A stretch of DNA of 64,000 bases from positions 31,126,001 to 31,190,000 of the forward strand of contig NW_024704742.1 in assembly GCF_018977255.1 (NCBI RefSeq), given 5' to 3'. Source of the DNA: Callorhinchus milii. Lineage: Eukaryota. Both the position numbers and the translations under genes were made by a program. Below, in pieces: positions 37,006 through 50,792 of this stretch; position 1 is the stretch's first letter; every line of letters starts with the position of its first letter. The notes beneath the pieces are model-generated. The model made no database searches. It was not told the DNA's origin and was given only the letters and a program-made list of their open reading frames with translations.

Positions 37006-37865
37006 CACTATTGAATGGTATATGATAATCTGTATATGACAGAATGATTCACATATGGACTACCCTGGGAGGGTGCTTAATGCATCACAAAAAAAGAGGT
37101 TTTGGGGAGATTCACTGGAATCTATGATTCACTGGTAGTACGCTCTCCTCTGAGTCAGAAGGTTTGGGTTCAAGCCCCACGTCGGTACTTTGAACTTACA
37201 GTCTATCCTGATGTTCCAGTGCATTGCTGGGAACGTTGCATTGTTGGAAGTGCCATCCTTCGGATGAAACATTAAACTGAGGTACCGTCTCCTGTTCAGG
37301 TGGATATTAAAGATCTCTACAGTTTTCTGTAGTTCTTTTAAAGTTAGTCAAAATTATTCAAATTAAGACCAATTTAAATATTGCCCTAAATTAGCACATT
37401 CTTAAATGCTAAGAAAGAATTCTTAAGTCTAGACTCAGGTGGAATTACTTTCCCCTGAATCATTAGATTTATAAGTGGAGTCACAGATGACATCAAGTTT
37501 GGAACCACAAATATTTTCAAGCCGAGCACCAAATTAAGGAGGAAACAAAAATTAAAATGCATTACAGAAGTTTTTTGCTGTGACACATTGCCTGCTCGCT
37601 AACTTTTCACCATCTCCCAGATCGGCAGCGGTTTAGCAGCTGGCTGGTCCAGGAATTTACTGACAAAATAAGCTCCAATGCACTCCTCAATTAGCTGCGG
37701 AGCTCTTTCAGAGAAATTTATTGTGCCTCAGTCATCACCAAACATTTATTTTTTTTAAAAAATCGTTTACTGAAATCAGATTGCAAGAAAGAACGTTAAT
37801 CAATATAAGAAAGATAGGAATCTGACTATAATTGGACTATATTCAATGAGAAGATTTAACTCATT

Positions 37866-38174
37866 AATAATAATAATAATCCTTGCATTTGATATAGTGC
37901 TTTTCACGTCTTTGAGACGTCTCAAAGTGCTTCACAGAATATACTGTAAAGTGAATTGACTGTAGATTTTGTGGGTGAAACAGCCAATTGCGCACGGCAG
38001 TGTCTCACAAATAGTCGTGGATTGAGTGACCGAATTATTAGTGTTTTTTTTTCTTGAGGGAATATTATCAGGCATGTGGCGTAAGGAAACTGCCCAAGGT
38101 TTCGTCCTGTTGGGAATCAAACCCAGATCTCTCGCTTGTAAAGCGAGTGCTCTAGTCACTGAGCTACAGATTCC
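37866..38174 (-). mobile_element. tRNA-derived SINE, full length
   Basis: Colinear with 1219-1535. Confidence 0.88.
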
Positions 38175-39878
38175 ACAAATCTTGTCCCTCCAGAGCAACC
38201 CTGTTACAGCAAGATGCTTCGTGACGGGGTTCCTGCTTCTTAATGCTGTACGATGGCATTGATTGTTACTTCGATAGTAAACATTTTATATTAACCCACT
38301 GGTTTGATTAAAGGAGGGTAATCTGTCAGACAATTGTATCAATGTGAAACATGAAAGTCTCTGAAAACGGTCTCTGAAAACCCTAACTGAAAACAATCTA
38401 ATTTGATGTGTTTAACAGGATATAAGTAATAAAGAATCCTGTTAGATTTCCCATTGTCTGATATAAATTGCGGTAAAACTATACTTTTCACCAAAACTTT
38501 CCTAGATCTTCCAGGAAACAAAATAGTTTCCATAGTTTCCCAACATGTTGTCAAAAGAAGAGACTTACGTTATTTTACATTCCAGTACCTTATCATGTTG
38601 CAATGCCCCAAAGTGCTTTACAGGTAATTAGTGTCATATTTTGTGACTTTTTATGCACAAAAGGTTGAGCAAAAAAAAAACATTACTTTTGCTGTTACCG
38701 AATGCTAAGTATTCCATATGAATTTTGTTTACATTGCCAAAAATTAAAACCGCATTGAAATGTAGAGTGGATGGAGTACAAAAGGCCTGAAAATGAATGA
38801 AATTGTTTAAATTTTGAAGTCAGTCAAATACATTAGAAATAAAACGTCGTTTCCCATCCTGCTTGAATGTTAGTTTACCATCCAATACGGGAATCCCTGT
38901 CAACAGAGTGATCTTTCAGAAAGTAGTCAAACCAAATGCTATGATTTTGCTCGTGGCTATCCGGGAAAGTAAAGCTCTTGTGAGTATGCTGGATGTGTTT
39001 TGAATGTTAACTTGGGATTTGAAATGGCAGTTCTTCGAGTTAAAAGTCTGCCGTATAATACTATTAGTGAACCGACTGCATACCTCACCTGAGCACGTAG
39101 GCTTGAGTGCCGATGTTCTTTTTCAGCAGTAGGATTTATCTTAAGAACGGTATTTATTTCAATAGTGTCGCTTCAACAAACTCAGCAGTAAAGCGGATTA
39201 AACAAAGGAGGAAGTAACAAAAATATGTTAACCGTTTTACTTTTAAAAGATTACAGTACATATAATGCTAACATGATAAGACTCCCGAGATTTTCGATCA
39301 CGTAGTCTTAGACGAAATTCTCAAATTCTTTACACACATTGTGTCTGGATGCAGTGTTATTTTTAGAGCAGGAGAAAAGCTTTGGTTGACATTCTTCCAC
39401 GTTTTATCTACATAGTATCTCCTTAGCATTGGCCAATGTAACTAGTTGCAATGCCTGTTATAAGGATAAAACAGACTGGGGATTATGGGGGGAAGTTTCC
39501 TGGGTTTTTTTGTATGGCTCTCTCTGTCGGTGCAAAATGATACAAACCGAGAGCAGAACCAGCACATCATTGTGAGTTTACGGTTGGTTCTGTCTCACCA
39601 AAAATCTGTGAAACCAGGTCGGGGAAGTTGATACATTTTCTTTGATGCTATGCGGAGAAGGGCTTTGAGGTAGTGAGTTGGCCTGTTTCCTGAAGTTCCC
39701 AGTTCTGGGTGCCTTTAAGCGACCAAGTCTGAAAACAAGAGCTGCATTTTTTTTTCCTGCAAATTGCTATGGTAATCCTTCACTGGAGATTATGGATCAA
39801 CTCACATTTATTTATATACTGTAGTTCAGTTCACATGAAAGAGAATGTTTCAAAAGAGGGATTGCTTGGAAATTAAGT

Positions 39879-39903
39879 NNNNNNNNNNNNNNNNNNNNNN
39901 NNN
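39879..39903. other. Assembly gap (25 N)
   Basis: Run of N characters. Confidence 1.
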
Positions 39904-41526
39904 TACAAACACACAGTAAATCCTGTGAAGCGCTTTGAGACGTCTTCCCAATGTGAAAGCCACTGTATCAAATTAATGTGGGTCACATCCAAGTTTCAGC
40001 ACCAGAGCAACAGCTGATGATGTGCGTCCCACAGATACCACTGAATGCAAGGATGCTTCAGTAAAAGTAATCAATATTTTTGAATCTCCCTAATTGATTG
40101 AGAGTATTTTGCAACTACTCTGGTGTCCATTTCGGTATACATACATTAACTTGATCAGGAAACACACATGTTACATGGAAACGTATGTGGCCACTCAAAT
40201 ATCTCAGTTCCAATGTGTGCCGGACTAATAAATAATACTGTACCTCAATATTTGTTCTGCCTCTCCAACTGCTGCTATATAATGTACCACTTTTAGCACT
40301 TATGTACTATGCCAAAGGCATTGGCTGTACTCTGCTTAAAGGTGATAAACTGGACATACATAGGCTGTTTCCACTTGTTAGCAAGTTCATCACGGAGGAG
40401 TGTGGGGAGGCACCAGAAAATCTAAAAGAAAGTTTAGGAGACACTTCTCTATATAGACGGCGGTGAGAATGACAAACTCATTGCCAGAAGCCGTAGTTGA
40501 ACAATAACTTAATAATAATTCTTCCATTTGGTACAGCGCCTTATCAAGTTGGAAGGATGTTACAAAGTGCTTCACAGGGTTTACTGTGAAATGGAGTGAT
40601 TGTAGGCAAACACAGCAGCACAATTGCACACAGCAATGTTCCACAAATAGCCATGAAACGAATGATCAATTTTATTTGTGCATTTAAGAGGAAACGAGAT
40701 ACATGTATGAGGAAGAAGAGAATAGAGGGATATAGGAGGGGACTAGGGTTTGGAAAACACTGACTAGTATGGCTGAGTGGCCTGTTTCAGGCTGAAATCG
40801 GTAGTCAATTTGCATGGAGCAGTATTCCACAAACAGCCAAGAAGTGAATGATCAATTTTATCTCGGGGAATTGCTGGGTATGGATTCCATTCAATCCATT
40901 ATTCAACTGTGCTCCTGTGAGGTGGTGCCGTAATGAGGAAGTGCAGTTGTTAATGTGTAGGGTAGCAATCAGCACCGGCTGCTTTTCCACTGAATGAATA
41001 GCTTTTAATTCTGAAATCTAAATGACTATTATCAATTTACACATTTACACACAGGCTTTAAAAGTAGCAAGTAAAATGAATTAGACAAAAGTAGACAAAA
41101 ACGTTTTAGTGATGATTTTGTTTTTCTTCACGGTACAGAAATAAACAAAACGTTAAGATGATCAGGCAGGTCTGCTCTATTATAATATTCCTTGCATTTG
41201 ATATAGCACCTTATCACATTGTTGAGGCATCTCAAAGAGCTTCACATACTGTAAATTGAATTTGTTGTTGTTGAATTGACTATATATTTTGTGGGAGAAA
41301 CGCTTTCTCTCTCTCTCTCTCTCTATTGGCCTGATTTTGCTCTCTTTGTGGGTGTGGAGGGGGAGAGAAGAAATAATCACTTATTAAAAAAAATCCAACT
41401 GGTATGCTTCCCATGCGTTGTATTGCAGTCAGGATATGAAAATGCTGCGACAGCTTTGCAATGGGAATTTGTATTTCAGCACTTATTAATTCTTTCAAGT
41501 TTATAATAGGATCTGCTTTCTTATAG

Positions 41527-41593
41527 TGGGCGACTCAAAAGATTAAAAACAGAGTCCAGGAACAGGAAAAGGTTACTTACTCGACCTTTAATG
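41527..41593 (+). CDS. GPAT3: GPAT3 (AGPAT9) exon 2 (exon 1 not found)
   Basis: ttatag|WATQKIKNRVQEQEKVTYSTFN..|GTAGGT; 67-nt exon starting WAT as in vertebrate GPAT3/4. Confidence 0.82.
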
Positions 41594-43018
41594 GTAGGTG
41601 TATTTTGTATCACAAACCTATGTTTCTTATTTTGTGCCTCAAAGGAACCAGATTATTCAAAGTGTGACATATTCCAGGCCATCTGATCTCTTCTTCCTGG
41701 AATGTTAGATTACTGCGATCACACAAGTCTCTCAGATTCCTTAATCACTCACAAAACACACAGTCACACCATTTGACCTGTGAAGTGCTTTGAGACGTCT
41801 CGATGACGTGATAAGGCGCTAAATCAAATGCAAAGTATATTATTTATTACCTACCCCTACAGTAATGTAAGCAGAAAGTGTCCCTCCGGGGAGAGAGCGC
41901 GCATTCCATTCCAACAATTTCTCTCTGGGATTTCCATGTGTAGTTGGGATGCATAGAATTCTAAGCTTGTTTTGGATACTCTTAAGCATGGTTCTGCATG
42001 TGCCAGACATCTGGCTGACCCCAAAAATGTAAACGGGACAATTCCTGTCGCTGCAACATCTCAGGTCTGTTTTGGAGAAAGATTGGAGATCACAAGATTG
42101 GTTTGGATGAAGGAGGCCCTTTGGCCCATCCAATCTCATCCTTCCAGAACATCCACCCTACTATTCTCCCCCATCAAATCAAACATTTTTTTTATAAATG
42201 TGACCAGTGTCCTGTTCTCAACCACCCTTCCTGACAAACCTGTTCTCGTCTTTAAATATGCTCTGGGTAAAGAAAAAATTCTCACCGTCTATGCTGAAAT
42301 TGCCCTTTGCAACTTTGAACCCATGATCTCTTGCTCTGTTGTCTTGGTGAATCCTAATGTAGCTAATTTGCCTCAGGCTAAAATGAAAAGTCATTCTGAG
42401 TGTCTTTAACACATCTTGTTTCATCGTGCAAGCAGTGTGATGGTGTTGGATGGGTTGCACATATTTAAAAATGTTAGCAGATTATTTTCCCCATCGCCAT
42501 TACCAAACAACAATAGCGGAATCAGGTAAAACGGATGGAACCAAAGTTGCCTTACATTCAGGCATAGCTCCCAAACCCTCCTTTGCCTCTTGTTTGGTAG
42601 CAGTAATCACGAAAATAAATATCTAAGTGCTCTTGCAATGCATCTGATGTCATCGCACCACTTACTTACTTGCTTCCCCACTGGATGTGAGGCCAAGTCT
42701 ACAAGTGTAAAAGGGTGGGTGCAGAAAAAAATGTTCCCTGTACTTTGGTGTGCTAACCCTTGCCTACCAGTCTTTGCCTGCCAGCAGACAATTGTAGAGG
42801 TTGTTTCAGGTCTAACTCCTGTATCTGCTGATGTAGTAAAATACAAGAGGGCTAAGCCAAGTTTCTGTTTACATATGTCATACACAAGAGATTGCATATG
42901 GGGGAAAAAAAGAGGTTTGCAAAATGAATAACGCAATAGGATGCAACAGAACTGTAGCAAGGACTTGCATCACAAAGGTGATTGGGGTCAGACAGTTGTG
43001 GAGGTTAGTGCTAGGCTA

Positions 43019-43316
43019 TAATAATAATAATCCTTGCATTTGATATGGTGCTTTTACACCTTCTAGATGTCTCAAAGCACTTCACAGAATATACTGTAAA
43101 GTGAATTGACTGTATTTGTGGGTGAAATGTGGTAGCCAATTGCGCACAGCAGTGTCCCACAAACAGTCGTGGATTGAAATGACCAATTTATTATTGTTTT
43201 TTTTTCTTGAGGGATTATTATTAGGTGTGTGGAGTAAGGAAACTTGCCCAAGATTTTGCCCTCCCGGGAATCAAACCCAGGTCTCTCGCTTGCGAGGCGA
43301 GTGCACTAACCACTGA
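43019..43316 (-). mobile_element. tRNA-derived SINE
   Basis: Colinear with 1219-1535. Confidence 0.88.
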
Positions 43317-45989
43317 GAAGCGCTTTGAGATGTCTCGAGAAGTGATTAGGCACCATATCAAATGCAAGTTTAGTATTATATGTTGAGGTCAAAGAGTTCC
43401 AGGTGATGGAGGGGGATGAGAGCAAGAGAATGGTATTGGGCAAACAAAATTTTTGAAAGATGAATGAATATCAAAATCCTTAAAGTTCTTTAATTTTTAA
43501 ACTACAGAGAATTTTTCATGCAATCCACCACAAGGAAATTATCATAGACCCTATTGCAATATTTCACTCGCCTTGCAAGTCCCTCATCATGAAATTGGCA
43601 ATGCTCTTGCATGCAATATTTTCTGGCATTATTTTGACCTTCAAATACCTCAGAAAACCACTGCCTCTTTCGCTCTTTTAGTCCCACCTGAAAACCTACC
43701 TTTTTGACTACGCCTATGATCACCACCTCTCCCCTTCTCAGCGTCCAAACCCTCTACTGTACAGCATTCCAAGACATTATCCTATATGAAGTGCATTACT
43801 ACATAAATGTTTTTGTTTTTCAAATATCCTTGTGAAGCGTCCTGTCTTTTATATTTGCTGACTGGAATCTTGTTTTTCTTATCCAGTGGAGGAGTTGTCA
43901 ACATATTTTTAGCAGGCATGTTGCTTCATGCATGCTGCTCTTCATGAGTGTTCTTCAATGACAGATGGGGTGTAAAACGTAGAAAACTCAGCAGGATTTC
44001 AGTTAATTTATTAATTTGAGTTGATTTGGGATGATGCAGAATTTGTAACTATTGAATCCTACAAGCAACTGACCATTTTAGATCACAGCATGTTATAAAG
44101 TCAACCTATGAGGGAGTAGTGCACAAGACACCTTAAGTATTTACTGAAAAGGCCCTTCTCTCAACCCATTTAGTGTCAGCATGAAACACCTATTGGTAGT
44201 TTGCCAGCAAAACTGATTTACACACTTCCCAGGAAGAGACATAATGCAACATAAAGCAACTTAGGACAAAAAAATTGACCCGTGTCTTGACCTGCATGAG
44301 GACATCTCTTCAATAATTCCTAATTGTTCTTTTGGTGTTTGAAGCTGTGTAGTAAAGCCTGCAGTATCTATTATTACAAAAAAACTCTGCTCTTTCAGCT
44401 CGTTATCATTGTCATTACCTCAAAGTGCTTCACAAGCACAGGAGAGCCCCTTTAATGTGGGAGCTGAGGCCCATAAAATTGATTGGCCGACTTCCTGCTG
44501 AAGAGGTCACACCTGACATCAACTTCTGTGTGGGAGTGCCATTGGTATAACCTAATGACCTGAAAGTTTGCTTTTTTTTTTAAACGAGTAGCAAGCTGGA
44601 TGTGGGAATATTTAAGTGTTTGCTATTGATAGCACTGTCTAGCAAGCCTCTGTGCTTGGCCAGCTGGGAGCATTGTACCTTGTTAGGGCTTTGGCTTGCA
44701 TGGTCAACAGGCGCCAAGTGGGAAGAATCCCAGTGTCCCAAGTGACTGTTTTGCCCTTTGTAAGTCGTGCCAATGAGCCAGACTGGCTGGTCTGTCATCA
44801 GTAGTGCCCAGGAGTATTGCGGACCCACCCTGGCTCAGGAATTGGCCACAGAGGATTGACTCAATTCTGACATTGGTTGCCAAGCTCGACACCTTGGGAA
44901 CAATGCAGCTGTGAGGAAACGCTTCATCCTGTCCCACACCTCACCACCATTACCCACTCCAGAAGTAGATGGCTTTGGAGAAGGAATTACCAAGGTTTGC
45001 CTGAATATACTAACGATTAGAGAAAGGAGTCCCCATTTGCGAGATTCAGATTCCTTATTATGAAAATGAAAGACCGTTGATTATTGTAAAGCAGACCCAC
45101 TGTGCTGTTCCTGAAACCTGTATTAGAAATCGACTTATGGTTGGTGTAGCTGCTGATTAGTGCTTAACTTTTCTCTCAGTGACTCTTTTTAAAGCAGGTT
45201 TAGGCTCAATATCCTCTTTTCCCCCTATCTTTTTCTTTTTATAGGCCCTTTAGGAATTGACTTGAGTTATGGAGTCCGGTGATATAAGGAAAGCAAACTA
45301 ACACCAGCGAGTAAAATCATTAACTCTGTGAGTGAGACATTTGAACTGTAGATGGTTAAAAAAAACTCAGCGACTATTCTCAGTGTAGAATTAATGACCA
45401 AACTAGTATCGGGAGGGCAGGATTGTGAAGTTTATTGCTTAATTGCACAGAACATTAGCCATTGTGCCAGAAAGTCTTGTGCAACCCTTTGTTTCTTTAA
45501 ATGCCATTTTGTAAGATTGGAATATATGGATTCTTAAGAATCCTACAGCTTAGAAAATCTGACAAATTCTCCCCATTCGCTATATTTAGAATCACTTGAA
45601 AACAGGTTTAAGCTATGGATAGCTCAATAGTTTCTAATGCTTGCATTAGGCTGGGTCTTTCTTTGTGTTCTTATGCACAGCCAGCAACTATCAGGAAGGC
45701 AGTGCTAAACTATACATTTTATTGGTGTTGAATGCCTTTTCTCAGTATACATTCCTAACATGCATTGCATCCAAAATCTGCTTTAGTCCTTAATGCTTTG
45801 ATATTAGCTTCCAAACCATTGTCTAAAAGTTTAAGATCATGCATAATTTTCAAAGTGTGTGTTTGAGCCAGTGTGTGTGAGTAATTGTGTGCATGTGTGT
45901 GAGTGAGTGTGTGATTGCATATGTTTGCTTGTGCCAATGCCAAGCCACTACTTTACTGAAATGTAATGGTAATTGCTATTGTCTTAAAG

Positions 45990-46293
45990 AAATTATCGAG
46001 AAGAGTGATAAAGTTACTCTGGAAGAAGAAATCAAGGATTTGAGGCGGCATTCCAACAGGAACAAATCTCTCCAGGATGGAGACTTTGAACTCTCCGATG
46101 CATTCTACTTCTCCAAGAAAGGATTTGAAGCTATCGTCGAGGATGATGTGACCATTAGATTTAGTTCAGAAGAGATGGTCAAGTGGAACCTGCTAACGAG
46201 GACAAACAGAAACTTCCAACACATCAGCGTCCGTCTGACCATTCTATGGGGGGTGGGCCTCTGTATTCGATATGTTTTCCTCCTTCCTTTACG
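45990..46293 (+). CDS. GPAT3: GPAT3 exon 3
   Basis: IIEKSDK...DFELSDAFYFSKKGFEAIVEDDVTIRFSSEEMVKWNLLTRTN...RYVFLLPLR; donor GTAAAT. Confidence 0.93.
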
Positions 46294-46525
46294 GTAAATA
46301 TGAAAAATGAGCAGTCAAAACACAAAGTGCTGCAGTTATTGTCCATCAAATTTAGTTTTACAATTTAGTTTCCCCCCCCCCCCGCCGTGCAGTTCAACAG
46401 AATGTTGTCATATGTGGAGGCTTGTTGGTTAACAGCCATTTGGCGGCTTGCGAGTGCCTGTAAAAAGCACATCCGGCAATACGCTCATGAGTTGAAAATA
46501 TCATGAGGAGTGGGGGGAGAAAAAT

Positions 46526-46846
46526 AACAATAATAATAATAACCCTTGCATTTGATATAGCGCTTTTCACGTCGGGAGGACATCCCAAAACGCTTCACAG
46601 AACACACTGTAAAGTGAATTGACTGTATATTTGTGGGCGAACGCGGCAGCCAATTGCGCACGGCAATGTCCCACAAACAGTCGTAGATTGAAAATGACCA
46701 ATTTATTATTGTTTTTGGTTTTGGAGGGGTTATTATTAGGCGTGTGGAGTAAGGAAACTTGCCCAAGGTTTCGCCCTCTGCCTGGAATTGAACTCAGGTC
46801 TCTCACTTGCAAAGCGAGTGCTCTAACCACTGAGCTACAGGACTCC
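46526..46846 (-). mobile_element. tRNA-derived SINE, full length
   Basis: Nearly identical to 50793-51102. Confidence 0.9.
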
Positions 46847-47084
46847 ACAAATGGTTAAATGGTACTTCAATTTAACAGCTCCTCCATAGGACGTCACCTT
46901 CGACAATGCAATGCTCCGCCAGCACTGAACTGGAGTATCAGTCTACATTATAAGCTCAAAGTCCTGATATGGTGCTTGAACGCACAACCTTTTGACTAGG
47001 AGACAAGAGTGCTACCAGCTGAGCCAGATTGATGCATTTGTTAATGTACTGTGTTCATTTACCTTCATGCAACTTCATCTGCAG

Positions 47085-47159
47085 GCTCACTTTGGCGGTG
47101 ATCGGCCTCAGCTGGCTTGTGACTGGGACATCCCTAGTAGGACAGTTACCAAACAGCGG
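47085..47159 (+). CDS. GPAT3: GPAT3 exon 4 (75 nt, hydrophobic segment)
   Basis: LTLAVIGLSWLVTGTSLVGQLPNS; ctgcag acceptor, GTAAGA donor. Confidence 0.93.
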
Positions 47160-47348
47160 GTAAGAAATGGGAATATTTGAAAGTGGGAGAGGGAGGGGGG
47201 AGCACATTGTGTCCTGGGGATGGACACCTTGTGTCCTGAGGACAAGAAGGTTTTGCTGCATCTACAGTCCCAGGTGAGAGTCTGGCACGTTGGGTAATAT
47301 CTGGTGAGCAGAAAAAATGAATCTGCAGATACCCAGCTCAGATACCCA

Positions 47349-47655
47349 GGAGTCCTGTAGCTCAAGGCGCACTCGCCTTGCAAGCGAGAGACCTGGGTTT
47401 GATTCCCGGCAGGGTGAAACTTTGGGCAAATTTCTTTACTCCACATGCCTGATAATAAACCCTCAGGAAAAAGAAAATAATAAAAAAAAGGTCACTTCAA
47501 TCCATTTCAATGTTTGTGGGACACTGCTGTGGGTAATTGGCTGCCACTTTTTGCCCTCAAAATATACAGTCAATTCACTTACAGTCTATTCTATAAAGCG
47601 CTTTGAGGTGTCTAGAAGACTTGAAAAAGCGCTATATCAAATGCAAGGATTATTA
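47349..47655 (+). mobile_element. tRNA-derived SINE, full length
   Basis: GGAGTCCTGTAGCTC...GCTATATCAAATGCAAGGATTATT. Confidence 0.88.
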
Positions 47656-48590
47656 TATATATTATATTATTTTGCTCAGAACAGTACACATTATAACAAT
47701 GTGCTCACCTCTGATACTCCATGACTTATGCAAGTGTAACTTCAAATTTGTGTTCCCTGTGTGCTTTTAGTGTATTGGGATGTCTCAGCTCCTGGCCACC
47801 TTAGGATTTAGAACATTTTCAGCTCTTGCTGTTTGGAACATAACTACTGTGTGCCTGTCCTTTGCTATTTTGTACCTAAACAAAGCAATCTAACAGATTT
47901 CTCAGAGGATCGTGCCTATCTATAGGGTGAATCCTGATTATCACTACCAGGGAGATTAAAGTGGTGGAAGCAGTATTGATATTTAGTATTAGATGAGACA
48001 TTAAGCCACAGTCCCATGCCTGTTCAGGGGATCTTAAAGATACCATGGCCCTATTCGAAAAGAGAAAGGAGTTTCTTCTGGTGTCATGTTCAACAATCCC
48101 TCCCCAAATAAAATTGATCATTTGTTTCATATCTGTTTATGGGACATTGCTGTGGGGAATTGTGCTGCTGCATTTGCCTACAAATAGTCACTTTATTTCA
48201 CAGTAAATCTTGTAAAACGCTTTGAGACGTCCTCCCAACGTGGTAAGGCGCTATACCAAATGCAAGGATTATTATATCATTATTGGGATATTCCCTGCTT
48301 CTAGAGGTGGTTTTACCTGGGGATGGTCATAGGAGGAAGAGGGTGTGGGGTGGAGTTGCATGAGGAGATTGTTTTGTGTTGACATTTAGCTTGTCTTTAT
48401 CTGGCTTTATGTTATGTGCAATTAGCTGTCATGTTTCGCCCACAAAATATACAGTCAATTTACTTTACAGTTTATCCCGTGAAGCGCTTTAAGACGTCTC
48501 TACGAGGTGATCGGCGCTATATCAAATGCAAGGATTATTATTTATTGGAAATTGCAGAGAAAGAGAGTTAAAGTGTTTGTCTCCCCACAG

Positions 48591-48680
48591 CTTGAAGACG
48601 TGGCTAAGTGAACTTGTCCACCTGATGTGCTACAGAATATGTGCCAGAGGACTGTCAGCAACTATTCACTACCACAACAA
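48591..48680 (+). CDS. GPAT3: GPAT3 exon 5
   Basis: LKTWLSELVHLMCYRICARGLSATIHYHN; ccacag acceptor, GTGAGT donor. Confidence 0.95.
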
Positions 48681-50279
48681 GTGAGTCAATGCACAAAGCT
48701 GTGCTTTTTGCAAACCATTAATTTTTTTAAAAAATGTTTCTGACAGGTAAGCATAATCGATGTAAAACCACAAGACAGTGGGACTGGAAGCATTCCTCTC
48801 CAATAAGAAAACCACAGCACAAATGGCAAAAAGTGATGGAAAAATAGGCCTCTGATGTAGAGTGTGTTCTTGTGCAGGTACACTCTGTGTACGTCACACT
48901 TACGTACACACAGGGTCCCTGCTCTGAAGGAGGGCTCTGCTCCAAGGTGATCTTGTGTCAAACCCGAGTTCTTGCAAGTCAGGGTGGCATACCTCACCTC
49001 ACCCAGAGCTTGTGAGGGTTTCTGCTGCGCTAATGTCATGCTAATGCAGTGGGGAGTGGAGGACTACATTTTCAAGATTGGGATTAAAACATGTTGCAGA
49101 GACTGACTGTAAGGAGTTTGGCTTAGGCCTTGAACCATTCCATGCTCTCCTTCACTATTCACCCTAAACGTTGATTTCCCCAGAGTTGAATTTGATCCCA
49201 AAATTGCTATCAAGGCACCTGATGCACCAGGCTTATGTGGTTGTGTTATTTTCCCCTCCTTTAGCCAGTGGAGGATTGTGATAAATGTGAAAACAACATG
49301 GTCAACAAACAGTACTGCATTAGCAAAGTCTTCTTCAGGATTAAACGCTCGGAGACACTGCCCTGAGTGAAGGACACTATTATAAATGGAAGTTGTTGTT
49401 ATATTGAGGCATATTTGGGAGGGATCTTGCTGTGTAACACTTAAGTGAAGGCTGTGTCGTGGCCACTCATACGTGTATCTCTTTATCTGAATGAATGAAA
49501 TTGTGCCATTGAATACGTTTATTTTACGTTATTATCTTTTAGAAAGTCTGTACATCTGGGCACTTGGTGTACTAACCAGTTCATATTGTGTGAGCGATTT
49601 GACTTTAGGGGTGCAGTGATTAGGAGCTCTGCTAACCAGTGCCAAACCCTAGTTACTTTTTAAAAAGAAAGTTATTGTTACAGAGCCGATCAAGTGACCA
49701 GATCTTTAAAACATTAAAAAAGGCACTTTTAAAGTACTTAATGAATTGCTTTTGAGAAGAGATTTGAAATGGATTTACACTGCTGATGCTAAGATTGAAG
49801 CAATGAGAATTGCATGGGAAGGGAATTGACCAGTCCATGCTGGAAGCTGGAAGTGTACCACACTTCAGTAACCGAGGGTTCACAGGACACCCACATTATA
49901 AGCGGTGTTGCGTTCCAGAGTTATCCTTTATGACTGGGTCACCTTGTGTGTATTTATATAAGTTTTAAATGTATCAAACATCATTAGTTTTTTTAAATAG
50001 AAAAAGCTAGTCAGCATCTGGTTGTACAAGGTTTCAGATGACTCAAGTGTCTGACAGTTAATTGCTCCTCCTCAATTTAATGAAACTGTGTCAAATGGTC
50101 ATATGATGACCAACAAATGACAATGTAATAGGAAAGTGTTTTCCTTGGTACCTCCCTATTGTAATATTGCAACCGTGTTTTTTTTAAACCACGGAAATAT
50201 TTGTACAGAGGAAACGCCATGATTAAGACAACGACTAACTTATATATGTTGTAATATATTAGTCAACTTTAGGTGTCAA

Positions 50280-50645
50280 CATAGTTCAGCTGGTAGCACT
50301 CACGCTCTGAGTCAGCGGATGTGGGTTTGAGCCACACGTGAGCAATGGAATTCATAGAGTCTACACTGATATTCCAATGCAGAGCTGGGAATGCACTGCA
50401 TTATTGGAGGTCCTGTTCTTTGGATGAGATGTTAAACCAAGGCCCCGTCTGCCTGTAGAGGAGGATGTTAACAATCCCATGGTACTAATTGAAAAGAGAA
50501 TGGAGTTTCTCCTGGTGTCCTGGCCAGCAGTCTTCCCAAATAAATTGGTCACTCACTTCGTGGCTGTTTGTGGGACATTGCTTTGTACAAATTGGCTGCT
50601 GTGTTAACCCACAAAACCCTCAGTCACTCCACTTTACAGTAATTA
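50280..50645 (+). mobile_element. Deu-domain SINE (SacSINE1-like)
   Basis: GGTAGCACTCACGCTCTGAGTCAG..GGATGAGATGTTAAACC..GTTTGTGGGACATTGCT. Confidence 0.7.
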
Positions 50646-50792
50646 GTGTAACATGTTCTGGTTCCGGCTGAAGATCTCCTCTGAGCCGAGGTTCTTGTAG
50701 TTGGTGTGATCTTTAGGGGTTGTCTCTCAGAGGATACAGTTCATGATGCAAATCGGATTTGCTATCAATGAGGTAACATTACTACTACTACT

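Noticed and set aside
39085..39175. Minus-strand CAG|GTGAGG donor as candidate ABRAXAS1 exon 1
   Set aside because: No in-frame ATG before an upstream stop, no similarity to the ABRAXAS1 N-terminus, and no CpG island.
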